Both the position numbers and the translations under genes were made by a program. Below, piece by piece: positions 25,542-25,564 of a DNA stretch of 25,564 bases. This DNA is from Abditibacteriaceae bacterium (lineage in GTDB: Bacteria > Armatimonadota > Abditibacteriia > Abditibacteriales > Abditibacteriaceae). Below the pieces are notes generated by a model that saw only the letters and a program-made list of their open reading frames with translations, was not told the origin of the DNA and did not search any database. The stretch spans positions 1-25,564 of the forward strand of contig JANMKN010000264.1 in the NCBI GenBank assembly GCA_031372065.1. Direction: 5' to 3'. Position 1 is the first letter of the stretch, and each line of letters starts with the position of its first letter.

Positions 25542-25564
25542 TTTCCGGACGAACTGGACGGTTG

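Noticed and set aside
1..25564. tRNA, rRNA, riboswitch, transposase, integrase or prophage genes
   Set aside because: None recognised by eye; an Infernal/Rfam and HMM scan would be needed to exclude small RNAs.

Overview
A ~25.6 kb bacterial chromosomal segment. The phylum is probably Armatimonadota/Abditibacteriota-like, an inference from gene content and the RF1 '[13 protein letters not shown]' variant. Housekeeping genes are mutM, prfA, rpmE and a DUF1385/YqhQ gene split by a 1-nt frameshift. They are interleaved with a large secreted Gly-rich/cadherin-like/beta-helix surface protein (cut by the window edge), an acyl-ACP-reductase-like gene with an uncharacterised partner, a membrane SpoIIE/PP2C phosphatase, a four-gene metal-resistance operon (beta-propeller lipoprotein, Tat-exported DUF1259, His-tailed DMT transporter, chrA), two secreted HExxH proteins, a pectate-lyase-like beta-helix protein and an EF-hand sulfatase. 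The most unusual signal is non-coding. (i) A self-contained unit at 2020-3597 has two palindromic elements bracketing a REP, a 21-bp tandem array, a near-consensus sigma70 promoter and an unknown duplicated-domain+FN3 gene. (ii) The same ~20-nt hairpin (CTGCCC..GGGCRYCCG) interrupts three separate palindromic repeats. (iii) Four unrelated tandem arrays all have a 7- or 21-bp period. No tRNA, rRNA, CRISPR array or transposase was recognised. All family calls come from motif recognition by eye, not from database searches.
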